Positions 37,410-51,989 of a stretch of DNA of 64,000 nt are shown in pieces. This DNA comes from Paraspadella gotoi (Eukaryota > Animalia > Chaetognatha). Position numbers and translations under genes: made by a program. The stretch spans positions 24,391,403 through 24,455,402 of the forward strand of contig CM119264.1 of NCBI GenBank assembly GCA_051294375.1, read 5' to 3'. The notes under the pieces are model-generated. The model did not search any database. It was not told the DNA's origin and saw only the letters and a program-made list of their open reading frames with translations. Within the stretch, counting starts at the first letter, position 1; each line of letters opens with the position of its first letter.

Positions 37410-38573
37410 CATTTTTTTTTAGCTATTTTTTATTTGAGGTAGCAATCTTTTTTTGCTTGTAACTTCTGAACAATTAAAGCTACAAAAAAAGGTCAACTCG
37501 GGTCGCCAGGCAGTCATACTTTTTGGCTACTTCATTCTCCTTCCAGCCTATAGCCCAAAAAATTAACAGGTCATTTTCCGGGTGATTATCCTCGACTGTT
37601 TAGTTCGGGATTTAAATTCTAATCGATGTGCGAATCTAAAACCAAATCTGAAACGTTTTCAATAACATACTGATCCCCGGCTTCCTTTCTATCTAATCTA
37701 TCTAACCTATATATCAATCCACATCCGATACTCCAACCAAGTTTCAATTGGCTTTCGCACTGAAATTTCCACCTGTCGACGTCGAAACTCATTGGAACTT
37801 GAATGAGTTTTGCGCCAAAAGACCATCTGTCAACATCTATCAACATCTGTCAACATAAGTCAACGTTTGTCGTCCTTAAAGAAGATTGATAATTCAAACT
37901 TCAAAGACAATTTGGTAAATACAAAAGTGACGCAGTGGGCTTAATTTTTCATTTTTTAAAACAGTATTTTTCCAAGTTTCTTCGTATATGTACTTGGTGA
38001 TTAATCAAAGAAACAATACGATTCTTTTTTGTGTGTAGCAAACTGTAGCATCCTTCAGACGGTGCCTCAGACTAAAAAGATTCAAAGGATTGAGGAAACT
38101 TTTATAGGTTTGAACATGTTTTATTTCGCGTAAGGAATGACTAAATGTAAGTTAAATCCCATCACCCCTTTTACGAAGGGATTCGGTGCTGAGCAAAGGA
38201 GTCAAGAGTTGATTGGTTGTCACTGTTCACAGTTTCACTTTCACAATTCTCTTCACTGGATGGAGTGGGTGCGTACCCGACCCATGGAACTAACGGGTTT
38301 TTTGGAGGATATTTCCACGATGAGTTGCGTCGACGGAAGACCTAAGAATGGCAAGAGTGAGATTTAAGGGGTGAGGAAAGGGTAAGGGTTTTATCGATTG
38401 ACGAAATTGACAAATTTGGATTCGACTTTTTTTTAAGGAAATCTAAATTTTAGAATTAAAAAATATCTTGAGATGATATATACTAAGAAAAAAATAAATA
38501 TTCACCATTCGTAAATAAATAAATAAATAAATAATAATAAAAATTATAATAAATAACAATAATAATAATTAAT

Positions 38574-38658
<85 letters not shown>

Positions 38659-41600
38659 TTTTTTTTTTTTTTTTTTTATTTTTTTTTTTATTTATTTATT
38701 TTATTTATTTATTTATTTATTTTATTTATTTTATTTATTTTATTTATTTTATTTATTAATTAATTAAACATAAAGGCTGTAAAGTCGAATAATAAACAAA
38801 TTAATTAATTAATTAATTAATTGAACATAAAGGCTGTAAAGTTGAATTTCTCCCAACCGAACCAGGGACGCTCTCGTCTCTCTCATCTTCAGCTATAAAG
38901 AAGCGGCAGGTTTCAAAATAGCGTCGTTATCGGATCCGAGATCCAGTTTTCTCTATTTGTTTATTACTCAGATATTTCTAGCCATCGATTTTCGATCTTC
39001 CCTTGAATCCATGAGAATAGATTTTCGATTTTCTCGATGAAAACCTTTAAAGGATTCGTCCCCCCCTCACTTTTCCTCAACAAATAAAACGCGTTATTGT
39101 TTAAAAAGACAAAAAGGCTGAGATAATAAGCGGAGGAAGGTTTAAAAAAAATGTTATCTTTTATGCTGAAAACAGAGGTTGAAACTTGAGAGAGAATATC
39201 TTTTTTTTTCCATTGAGATTACTTTTTAAAAAGAAAATTTGTTTTGTTTTCAGATCTCTATGTTTGCGATAACTTCAAATTCGTAATGAAAGATTAACAG
39301 CCAGAGCGACAGTCAACCGACAGCAACCGACAAGCTGATAACAATCACCGATGATGGAAGATTGAAGGAACCAGGCGACAGTGGTGAAAACCCCGTGGAA
39401 CATAGAGAAAGAGAGCCAGGCCGAGTAGAATCCCTCAGCCAGGTGCACGGCCAACGTGACCCAGAAGATGCGCGATACGATCTGAAAAGAGAGCGGGGAG
39501 AGTGAGGGGGGGTGGAGAAGCTGAGTAGTATTAATCTAAACTTAATAATTAATATAAATAAATATATTAATATAATATAAATATTTTTTAGTTCTCTTGC
39601 TCTTTCTAAGCTAATTTGCTTTTTCATCTCTCCCAATTTCTTTAACCTTTATTTTTACTTTCCTACCCTCACTTCTATTTCCTTCTCGGACATGAACTTA
39701 CCTGCGGGTGAGTTTTTGCTAAGTGGATGAGAAAATTACCGACGACTGGCAAATACTGGGCGGGAATCTGTAAATATATAATTAAATAATAATAAATAAA
39801 TAACATAATTGCTTTTCGTTGTTGTCGTTGTCATCGTTATCGGTGGCCTTACCCGATGCGGCGCTAAGTAAGTCAGGCAGAGCAGGCACAAGGGAATCAA
39901 GGTCATGCAGGTCTTCAAAAGCGACGGAGTTTTAAAATGACTTTGGGCCATTTTGAATCTTTTATTATTTTCCTTTTTTTTTTTTTAGTAATTCCAATTT
40001 TCGTCGTTTTTTTTTCCGTCTGTTTCGTTGGGAGTTATTTGCGTTGGAGAGACGACGGTGCAAAGTCGAAGGATTCGGTCTTGATTTGGGTAAGACGAAC
40101 GGTGCTAGACAAAATAATTCGCCAAAGACGGTCAGGGGTCAACAAAATTATGATCAACGACGCAATTAACTTAGACGAAAAAGCCAGTCGAGATTCACGC
40201 GATCAATTTTTTTTTTTCTGAATTATTTTAATTCAAAGCAATAAAAATTGGATTTTAATTTGTCAAAACTTGTTGTTTTTTTTTATAAATTGAATCTAAG
40301 AGTCGATTTTAAAACATTTTCTAAACTCACACCAGTTGGTTTTTATCGAGATAAGATAAGAGAAAATAAAAGATTAAAGTCTAGGGACTCGAAACCGAAA
40401 ACCCGCATCCTTCGTGATTTTTCACATTTCGCAATCACACCGGTCGAGCGGGTCTTTCTTCTTTTCTGTTTTCTTTTTCTTCTTCCGTCTTCTTTTCCTT
40501 TTCACTTTCTTTATGTTTTTTGTTGAAAAAAATCTTTTTCTCCTCTTCTTTTTTTTTCTTTTTCTTCTTCTCATTCTTTTTAATTTCTTCCTGTAGTCTT
40601 CTTTCTCTTTATCTTCTTCCCCGGGCGCTTTGTTTACTACGATTTGACCCGAGGGAAGTTTTAAACGATTCCTGATTCCGTCCGATCGGAATCCAGGGGA
40701 AAAAAATGTGAACTCGAATACGAAAGAAAACCTTCGTCCCAATTGCTCTTGGATCGAACTCTTGTTTTCGGCAACTTTCAATGACAAAGTTGTCAAAGGG
40801 AAAAGATTCAAATTAAATTCAAGTTGCGTAAGTTTGTTGATAAAAAATACGCTCATAATTGCCTAGACATATAAATGTAGTTCTTGAAGTTAGTGGTAGG
40901 AATAAGAATTAGATAAGAATTTAAGGGGATATATAGCTTTCATAGCTGACCAATATAGAAGATAAATTAAATTTGTGTTAGAGCAAAGTTGAAATGAAAA
41001 CCGTTAGTCGAAGATCAGAAGCAGACGATTAATAAGTATTATAATAAAGAGTCTACTTCAAAATAACGAAAAAGATTCACGAAAAAAAATATTAATAAAG
41101 TCTAGCCCAGAATTAAGATGGGTTTTATAACGGAATAAATAAGGCAAAGCAAATAGACTAAGTCAAACCTTCTCGTTTCCCGATTTCGTCGTCGCCGCGT
41201 CTTTTTCCTTCCGGCGAATTATGTATGACTTTCCTCTTTTTATATTGATGGATAAAAATCCGGCCGTCTGCTCTCTTTGTCGACTTCCTCAGTTTCTGGC
41301 GTTATCAGGCATCAGGCATCAGGCGATACCACCTCCTTCTATCAGTACGGCAATGGTCATTGATATGTACCTGGAAACGTACTCGTACTCGTACAAGGAG
41401 ATCCACGAGTACAGACCTAAAACGAAATTTAATAATAATAATAATTTGAATAAAGTTTTCATCAATCTTGCAAAACAATCAAAAGACATGTTAATTATTT
41501 TGAGGGCCTTCACCTAATGGAAAATTCAAAGAGTTCGCAAAGTTCAGATCGCTTTTTGAAGTTTTTTAAATTTCAAATTTCCTTAGTTCGAGCTTTGGAG

Positions 41601-42587
41601 CTTTGTACTTCACTCTCCGCCATCATAAGCTGTCCCGGTTTATGGCAATTATATCACAAACTGGCCAAAATCATGGACTTTTTGCTTTGTGGCCTTTGAG
41701 CCATTTTTGATATTATTATGAGTTATGAAACTACAAAACAGTGTTGTAAGTTATGTAGAATTCGCTTTTAAAGAATTGATCAAAATCGTGATTTGGTACG
41801 TTTGGAAAATTCAAAGTTCTATTGGACAAGTACAAAATAATACTTTAGGACTTTTCTTACTAATAAAAAGTTAGTAATGTCCAACCGAGAGCACATATGA
41901 GGTTGATCTCGCTGTAGCATATTTGCAACTATCTCATATTTTATCTCTCTTATCGCCTCGACGACGTAGTATTTCTGCCATCGGCGCCGCCATTCCTCGT
42001 CATTGGAACCGCCAGTAGCGCCGCCCGCCTTCGTGGGCCGGCATGATTTTCTCTGAGAATGAGCTTCAATGATTTTCTTATCGCGATTCATCTCAAACGA
42101 TAATCAACTCGAGAAAATCCTATCTCGATGTTGTTGTTGTCGTCGTCGTTGTCGTCGTCGTTGTCGTCGTCGTCCTTGTCGTTAACGTAGATCTTTATCA
42201 ACTTAATGGCATTGATGCATGGGCATTCACAATTTTGGTAAATATATATCTTAAGATAATTGTTTTTTTATTATTTATTTATCTCGCTATTTTCTCAAAA
42301 CGTACTATATATTAGATATTAGGCATTAGATGTTGTTGTTTCAAATTTCACGAAACTCCGAAAACCTACCTTTCACTTTTCCCAAAAGCCTGAAAGCTTG
42401 ATAGTCACTCAGTCTAAGCCTATAACCCAGACTCCGTGGGGAAACGAACGATAAAAAGAACTACTGCTTAGAGGCACAATTGCTTGGGTTTTAGATTTTA
42501 AACTAATTGTAGTATGCCGGGGCAGACTTGATGAATATTTTTTCCGAAATTTGTCGTGGAATAAAATGGACTTTGGATCGCGTCAAC

Positions 42588-42705
<118 letters not shown>

Positions 42706-42939
42706 GAGAGAGAGTGAGAGACAGAGAGAGAAAATTTCTTTACGGTCAACGAATTATAATACAGAAATGACTGCCATTAAGCTAAACAATTTTTTTTCAG
42801 GTCAGAACAAAAGAACAACAATGTTTTTTTCTTTTTTTTTTGACTGTCGAGTCTTTTTGACTAAAAATTTTCAACTAATTTGTTCACACTCCAGTATTTT
42901 TGATTTTCTTAGTAAAACTTTAGTAAGATTTTGAAGGCA

Positions 42940-44785
42940 ATGACGTTTTTTTTAAGTTTTATAAAAACAATTAATGGAAAAAAGATAAGAATCGACGACG
43001 CATTAGACAGGTAGCGATTTCACGAGAGGCGGAGTGTGCGACTCTTTTAAGGCATTTTTTGGTCGGTCGGTCTATAACGCTAGACTAACTGTGTATGCTA
43101 AAGTTTATATTGTATATTGTATATTCTATTAAAATATTATCATAAGTATGTGATCGTATAATTTTAGGAAAATAGTTACAATTTTTTTTAAAAGAAATAA
43201 TACTAGGAAAATATTTTAAAATCGCTTCGCCTAAACGCAGTTGACGAAACAACAGAACTGCAGTTTTTGTGATTCGTTTTCCGACGCGATATTAAACCTT
43301 TGATCCTTTTTCATATAAAACAGAATCAACCGAAAATACATGGTGATTCTCATCCTCGCTTATCTGGTGATTCTCCTCAGCGGGTCTTTCGTTCCTCACG
43401 GAGTCATCAAGTGCTTCACGCCGAATCACTACACGTTGGCGCAGGTCAAGGGAGATCAAGTTTTCGCCGAAAAAAAAAAAATTAAATTTATTAGATCATA
43501 AAATATTTTTTAGAGGAGAAAAAAAAAGGATTATATAATATATTTAGAAGAATAAAGATTACGAAGAAAAATGTACTATATTCCGAAAGAGCCTAATCCT
43601 CATCCTAATCCTAATCCTAATCCTGGACCTTAATTTAAACTTTAATATCTCACCCTAATCTCTGACAAAAGTTTAATCTAATCTCAAACCCTAATCCCTA
43701 ACGCTAATCCCAATCCTCTTGCCTCATCCTTCAACTACTAATTACTTTTCCTAATCTTTAGCATATTCCTTAAACCTAAAAATAGAAAATATAGTCGAAA
43801 CGCGATTATCCGGTAATAATATTTTCCCCCAAAAAAAATATTAAATTCCATCTTAAGAATTTTCTTCGTAAGTGAAGATCACGCTGTATCTCTCGGCGAC
43901 GTCAAAAAAAAAAAGAAAAACCGGCGCGGGTTTGCATTGCAAAGTAGACGTGATTCGTGGGCGAATTGGGGGGGGGCGTTGGTTTAAGTCTTAAAGGTTG
44001 AAGTCGTAGGAGTGGCCGACGAAAGGTAAGGTTACGAGGTGAGGTAGGGACGACCTTTCGAGCGACGCTTCACTTCGACGCGAACAGCGAACCTTTTTTT
44101 TTTTTCTTTTTTGGCCGAAGAGAAAAACAGAAATGAAGAGAAAGTCTTTCTTTTGTCGAAGATGAGAAGATATTTTTAGACTTTTAAGAATAACGTGAAA
44201 CAAACAACCAAAGATTTGAAAAAGAGAGTTCGTTTTGAAGTTTGACTCCATCGATTTTGAATCATAGAATCTTTTAAAGGTGAAAAGTATATACTTTTAT
44301 ATACATACTATTGAATTTTATCTTTTCGAGAAAATGTAAAATGACATGAATCCTTTTTTTTTAAAAAAGCTTTACCGAAAATTGTCATGACATGTTCTAT
44401 TTATATAAGATTATAATTATAATACTGTGGCATACAGACATTTACAAACAAGAATTAAAGTAAATGAATAAACATAACAGAACAGAGACATCTGAACAAA
44501 ATAATAAGCTACAGTAATAAAATGATTGATAATCTTTTGTAAATGCCATTTTGTAACGAGTCGACACACCACGATTTTAGACGGAGTTCGTTATGACGAC
44601 CTGTTGGCTCAACGCGACCGAATATCTGGTTCAACCCGGAGTGCCGCCCTCCAGTCACTTGGACGGAGAATCAGTCGGTTACGTCGGACGAAATGACTTC
44701 AAGAGTCACAGAGTCAAAGTCTCTTATTATCAGTGGACGCCGAGCATTCTATGGTGAGAGAGAAGAGAGAGAAGAGAGAGAGAAG

Positions 44786-44827
<42 letters not shown>

Positions 44828-46655
44828 AATCCGGTAGTGAACTAAAAAAGTACAAACTTACATAGGAGAAAAAATAAAAAAAGGTTAATCGCTAAGGTAA
44901 AATCTTTGCTGTGAAAGTTGAAAAGTGAAAGTTAAAGAGTGAGAAGAATAAAGAGAAGGTTCGACGCGACGGTGAGGTTTTTGTTTTGAAAGGTGAGGAG
45001 GTGAGGAAAATACTCTCGTCTTCCACGTGAGACTCTCGGTTGAATGAATAGAAAAAGAAAAGAGAAAATAAAAAAAAAAGACGAAAACAAAAGTGAGATT
45101 AGGTTTTTCAAAAACTTCATCTCAACGTTTAAAACCAAATCATGTTCAGCTATTAAAATATATGTTACATATGTTTGTATGTTCACATCTTTAATTTCAT
45201 TATGTTTAATTCAGTAAACCTGATGGGGATGAAACAAAAGTTAGAACTAAAATTGAAGATTGAAACGTTGGTAACAATAAGATATCGACTTAAGAGTTAC
45301 GGCCAAAAACTAAAAAAGATTTGAGAGATCAAGTTCGCGTCTCTAAACTTCTTTTTTCCTTTTTGACGAGTATTTTTACGAACTTAAGTCGACGACGATG
45401 ACGACAACAACAACAACGAAGACAATGATGATGAAGACTCTAACGTCATCTTCTCTCTGTAAACAGGGTCATGTTTTTTGTTTTCTCTTTCCGTGAAAAG
45501 TTAGAAAAAATAGGTATATTAATATGAAATAATAAAATTTGAAAAGTGAAAACCGCGGACAAGAATTTTTGAAAAAATATTTACTCTATTTAAAAATCTG
45601 CCGAATGAAAAAAAGGACTACAAGAGAGTAAATGTGTTATCCTCAGTGGATTAAAATTAATAACTCAACTCAACTTCATGTCGACCTCCTCCTCCCTTTA
45701 TTTCCAACCTCATCTTCCCCCCTTCCATTCCGCGGACGACAGCGTGGAGGCGGTCTGCTTCTCCCTTCCCTTCTTCGTCTGGTCAATCGCCGTCAATTCC
45801 TCGGGTTTGTCTCTCCTTTCGATGCTGCGCGTCGCCAAGGAAATTTCCAGGGTGAGGACGAAGGGAGACGAGGAAGAGGAGCTGCAGCTGCGGCGGTTGG
45901 TGAGTTCGGCCCGACGAGGATGTGGTTGATGTGGATTGTGTGGTTTGTGGACTGTGGTCTATGAAGTGTCGGGTGATGAGGAAGTGAAGGGATATTTGCC
46001 AAAATGAAATATGTTTTTAAAATCATTTCAAAGCTGCTAATGCTGCATGTACTGCTGCTTATTTTCTTGTTTTTGTCGTCGTTGTTGTTGCTGCTGCTTC
46101 AAGTTTGTCATCTATTTCACAATATGAAATTTTTCCACGCTTCAGGTGAAACATCTTCAGCGATACTTGGAGAGAACTCACCTCGACGAATCTCTCGCCG
46201 AGAAGTCGACCTTTCGGTAAGTTTCGTTGAGTTCAATTCGCCCCCCCAAAAAAAGGAATAGAAGATGAGAAAGGAAAGAGAAAAGAAATTTTCTCTCCTT
46301 TTTCTCTCTTTTCGATCCGCGATTTCGGGATAAATAATCAAAGTTTATTAAGGATCGAGAATCTCGACTCCTGATTTAAGAGACTTTAATGTGCATAATT
46401 CGCCGGAAGGAGGGTAAGGAAAGGAGCTGGGGTAAGAAAAGGGTGAGGAAAGAGCGAGGGGATTTAGGATTATAGAGTTGAGAGATCAGATTGAGGTAAG
46501 TCAAGCGGAAGGAAAGGAGAACGAGTATGAGATGCGGAAAAGGGTAAGGGTAAGGTTGGGGGGAAGGAAATGGAAGAAAGAGGCCCAAAGGTAAGGGCAG
46601 AGTCGGTGGGGGAGAGGGGAGGCCTTGGTAAGTGTTCGGTAGAGGAAAAATTGGT

Positions 46656-46749
<94 letters not shown>

Positions 46750-49700
46750 AGAGAGAAAGGAGGGTGAGGTCTGTTTTCCTCCACCGACTTCTTCTTCATC
46801 GTCTTCCATCTTCGTTTATCACGAATTTGACGTCGATGAGATTTAGACGTCAACGACGACGACGATGACGACGACGACGACGTCAACGATCGGGACGAAT
46901 ATGACGACGCCGACGACGACGCCTACGACGACGCCGACGACGACGCCGACGACGACGCCGACGACGACGCCGACGACGACGCCGACGACGACGAATATAA
47001 CGACGAAAACGCTAACATTGACGACGATATTTCAAAATAATGACACCGACGTCGACGTCGACGATGACATCAAAGATAAGGATAATGTGATAAATTACAT
47101 AATGACAGGTAAATGATGATTGATGACGTGAATTATTTGCAAAGAGCATTAACAGCTCGTAACTAAAGGTCCAAATAATACTTATAATATTTTTTCTGGT
47201 ACCAAATTGTCTTTGACATTTTCGTTGTCAAAACAGAAAAAAAACAATAACGTAAAAAAAATGCAACTAAGCTTTGACTTTGTCGAATAATTTTTTTTTA
47301 AAGTCTATAAATAGGACGATTGAAATTCTTCTTCATCTACGACAATGATGACGACGACGACAACAACAACAACGACATCTTCATCCAAAACGGTCGAGGT
47401 CGTCTCGTTCTCCCTTCGTCTCCCGACGTCTAAGAATCAGGTCTCCAGTCGCGGGAGAAAAAGTTTCTTGGCTCGAGAATCATTTCTGAGAAAAGCGTCG
47501 GGATTAAATGATGAGGAAATTCGAAGATTGAAAGTCAACAACTGCGACAACAACGACAACAACGACAACAACGACGACGAAAGAGTTCGTCCTACCTTTT
47601 TGAAGGATGAGGACGACGACGACGACGAAGACGCTGACAACGACGACAACGATGATAAAGAGAAGGACGTCTTTGTCGAAGATTTAATCACAGGCGAAGA
47701 AACACAATTAGTCTTCTGCGATTTCTTTCTTTTTATTTTCTTCGTCGTCGTTTAATGTTTTATTTTTAAATGATCAATTTAGTTCCGAGCGCCNNNNNNN
47801 NNNTCTCTCTCTTTCTCTCACTCTCCCCTTTTTTTATGGTATAATCCATATTATCCTCTTTTTTTCCCTCTTCTTTCCATTTTGAGTCTTTTTTTAGAAA
47901 CGTAATTTTTATGGTCAATAATTTCCTCCTTTGAATCTCATCGACGCCGCTATTTTCGTTTCCCTTTCATAGAGAAACTTTCTCGATTACGAGTTTATTT
48001 TTGATTCTCGGTTGATTGGCAAGCTTTTGATTCTCGGTTGATTGGCAAGCTTGGCCCAGAAACTATGTTTACTTTTTTACGGTCGTTTTATTCATTTAAG
48101 GTTTTCGTCTTTCGACCTAATTATTTTCACCTTTGGGTAAAACACAATTACATTTAATTCAGCATTCTTTCAAGTTACAATTTTATCCTTCCCTATTTTT
48201 TTTCTAACGGTCTAATAGTATTTCTATTTCTATTATATTTTTCATAGTACTACTTAGTAAAAGTAATACATAGATCATAATCTTTTGCGGTGATTAAAAT
48301 TGTACTCACAAGTCAAATTGTTGCATTGTAATTTTCCGTTTCCTTGATGAATTCTCACGTCAGTCTTCTTCATCCGTCCCCTTCCCCTCTCCGCATTCAA
48401 CCCCCACTCTTCCTCCCCCCACCCCCGCTCCCCCTTCAGCTGGCTCCGCCCCCCTATCGGTCGCGCCTTCGGCAACTTCCTCTTCTTCACCTACGTCGGC
48501 GTCAAACTCCTCTACCTCCTCAACCTCCTCGTTCAACTCCTCATCCTCTCTCTCTTCTTCGGCAACGATCCTCACTACACCGTCTTGGATCACGGGTGGT
48601 GGGTCTTGGAGGGTGAGTCACAGTGAAAATGTCACAGTCACAGTGAGAATGTCACAGTCAGAGTGAGAATGTCACAGTCACAGTGAGAATGTCACAGTCA
48701 CAGTGATAATGTCACAGTCACAGTGAGTTCAGTTGGTCTTAAAGGGCGAGTAATACTCAATTAGACTTTTAAACATAGAGAAATTTTGGAGTATATAAAG
48801 TAGGAGCAATAAGGAGCAAGAGGAGCATGTATTTTTATTTGAAACGTAATTTGGAAAAATCATAAGTAGTCAGCGACTGATGTATCAGGCGGATTAATAA
48901 ATCCTAAGTAGTCAGTGACTGATGTATCAGGCGGATTAATAAATCATAAGTAGTCAGCGACTGATATATCAGGCGGATTAATAAATCATTGTATCTCCTC
49001 ATTTCACAATAAACTTAGTTGAAGAAAAAAAATTAATTAGAACCAACACCTTAGAGTCTCGTTTATCAATTTAATCGAGATTGCGGATTCTGGAAAGTCG
49101 TAGGCATCGTCGTTGTCGTCTTCATTGTCGTCGTTCTGATCGTCGTTGCAGTTTTCGTTTTAATGGTCGTCGTCGTCGTCGTCCTCATCGTCGTCGCCGT
49201 CATTATTTTAATCGTCGTCATCGTCGTCGTCATCCCCCTTCACAAAGTCTGACACGTTCCTGATTAATAATCTTACTCTTTTCAGTTTTGGTCCTCGCTA
49301 TCATTTCTTTACTATCTTTACTTCATTCCTTCTAAAATCTCAATACTTTTTAACTCCTCCCTGAGCCCCCCATCCTTTCTCTTGTAATTTATTGACATTT
49401 TTTTATTCTCTCACACATTCTTACTTTTGAGAAAATTAGCTTTTAATCTCCTGATTTTAGTTCTCTTGGTTATTCAAATTCTTTTTCTTTCTTTGTATAA
49501 TATATATTTTTATAGCGGTTGTTACAATTTCATATATATATGTATATCTTTCCTCTCCTTCCTTTTCCCATTCCGTTTTTTGGTTTTTAATTACCTTTTC
49601 TAACCTTCTTCATCTTTCCTTCTTTCTTTCTTCTCTCTCTCCCTTAATCATCCTACTTCCCGCCCTCGTTAAAAGCCTCATTTCCTCCCTCCCTTCCTCC

Positions 49701-50415
49701 CTTCTTCCCTTCTTCCCTTCCTCCCTCCCCCTTCACTCCCTCCGGCCTAAATGCGCAACTTTTACCTTTGGCCTTAATTCGAGTTTATCCTTCGTTGATT
49801 GCTGCGGCTCAACCAAACGAACGAGGCTCGTTCATCGACTTGATTGGCGATTTCATTTCCTCTTTCCTTTCCTCCATCTGTCGACCATCTCTCCTCGTCC
49901 ATCGGTTGTACCTCCCTTTTTTCTATCCTCCATCTGTCGACCTTCACTTCTAGTTTCCTCCATCTCTAACATTCTTTTTCGGTCTCCCTTCCCACCGTCT
50001 GTTGAACCTCTTTTTCTTCTTTCCTTTTCCTCCATCTATTAACCCTCTCTTTCTTTTTCTCAAATCTTTTGACCCCCTTTTTTCATTTTCCCTTTCTCCA
50101 CCTATTAACCCTCTCTTTCGTTTCCTCTATCTTGACCCTTTTTTTTAACTTTCCTTTCCCACATCTGTGGAGCCGATTTTTTCTCTTCCTTTTCTCCATC
50201 GCAAGTTCACTCCTTTATTTATGATCCTTTCCCACTTTCCTCTTTTAAATATTCTCTCTTTCCCTTATTTCTCATTGCAGCATTCCTTCACGCAAGTCTA
50301 ACAAGTCTTTCAACTATTTCTTTTTATCATGATATCGTCTTTCTGATTTCTTATTTCCTTTTTCGACTTTTTCTTCCTTTCCTTTCTCGCCTTTGCTATC
50401 GGACTACTACTTACT

Positions 50416-50454
<39 letters not shown>

Positions 50455-51894
50455 TTGTTTACTCTCTTCTCTCAATCTCTCGATGAAGGGAAACCGGAAT
50501 TCCCCATCATTTTTCCCCGCTATTTTCCACATGGTAATCATTACGACATTCGGAAAAGGAAAAGGCTTAACATCCTGGCTTCACTCAACAGCGTGAAAAC
50601 AAAGCAACAAAACAACAAAAACGGAACAACGCAACCGAAGAAGAACAAAAGAAAAAAAATTATTTATATAATGCTTTAAGGTAGTAGAGGTTATATATAA
50701 AGTACGTAAGTAACAATTTAGAGTTATCAAAAACTATAATAAAGAGACGATTCAACGCTTTTGAAATTTATTCAAATCTATTTAAAACTATGCAAATCAC
50801 CTCAAACTTCATAGACGACGGCGGTATGTTGAAAAAAAAAAAAGAAAAAAAAAAAGAAGCCGCCAAGAAAAGAATAAAGAACCTAAAGAATTTCGTCCTC
50901 CGTCTCGTGATCAATGCAGAGACACATAAAACCAATGGCAGCTGAGCGCATCTGAAAATAAAAAACAACAACGACAACGACGACAACGACGACGACAAAT
51001 CCAGGGTTACCGTTTCGTTCGAGGAAGACGACGATGAATCTTTCCTTTCTCTCTCCTTTCCTCCCCTTTCCTCCCTCGAACCAGGCCTCTTCCTCGAGCG
51101 CAGGTGGCGCCACTCGCACCTGTTTCCCCTGATGACGTCGTGCGCGGTGCGGGTGGAGCGGGCGGGCAACGGGCTGCCCTACCGCCTCGAGTGCGCCCTC
51201 CCGTTCAACCTCTACAACGACAAATTCTTCGCCGTCTTCTCCGTCCTCTTTCCGTTCATCGGTGAGGGGGGCGGGTAGGTGGGGGGCGACCAGGGGGAGA
51301 GGGGGGTGGGGAGAAAGGAGTGAAAGGTGGGCGAGAGGTGGAATGGGTGATTAAGTGGTGTTTGAGGCTTTATATACCGAAATCGCCTCGTTTCTGTTTT
51401 TAATCACTTTACCTATATTTTACCCGAATATATAAAGTTAATCCTTGTTCGAATGATTAATCTAATCCTTGATCCTAATCCCTAATCTTAACCTATTCCA
51501 AAACAAACTTAATTATGAGTTTAAGCTGAAATAGCGCGCTTTTGGAATAGACGGCCGTGTTGAAGTAGTGATACGATTGACGGTTGGTAAGACGATGGCT
51601 CTAATGTGGGAGCAGTCTCATTGGATTTATATGGATGAAGTCATAGTCACGGATAAAACTTGGATTCACCAAACTCATTAGGAGGTGTTGAAGTTTGAAG
51701 GTCACAAAGTCATTGACCACGAGACCACGCAGGTCGCGTCTATGGCGCTCGAGAGATCAAGGGTTGGAAAAATAGTCTTTGACAGAAGATTAGGAGGTCG
51801 GAGTTGATTTTGACGTTAAATATCTTATTGTTTTTATGTTATTGACGATTGAAGATCTGTTAGTCTGTCTGTCAATCTGTCTGTCTGTAGTATA

Positions 51895-51989
<95 letters not shown>

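Noticed and set aside
41319-42091. GC-richer minus-strand stretches as coding exons (also 57571-57867 and 60729-60960)
   Set aside because: No recognisable motif and no consistent splice chain could be built.
43590-43720. (CCTAAT/CCCTAA)-like tracts, also at ~35585 and ~52910, as interstitial telomeres
   Set aside because: Short and degenerate, mostly TTAGGA; indistinguishable from simple repeats.
46865-47755. Thr- and Asp-rich ORFs
   Set aside because: These are (GAC/AAC)n microsatellites inside an innexin intron. The flanking exons splice in frame without them.
48858-48989. ~43-bp repeats x3, and the 34-bp array at 24560-25100, as CRISPR-like arrays
   Set aside because: The units are adjacent with no unique spacers, there are no cas genes, and the context is eukaryotic. 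They are ordinary minisatellites.
51640-51672. VIVTDKTWIH resembling the mariner IVTGDETW motif
   Set aside because: Only ~10 residues match, with no TIRs or other transposase motifs nearby.
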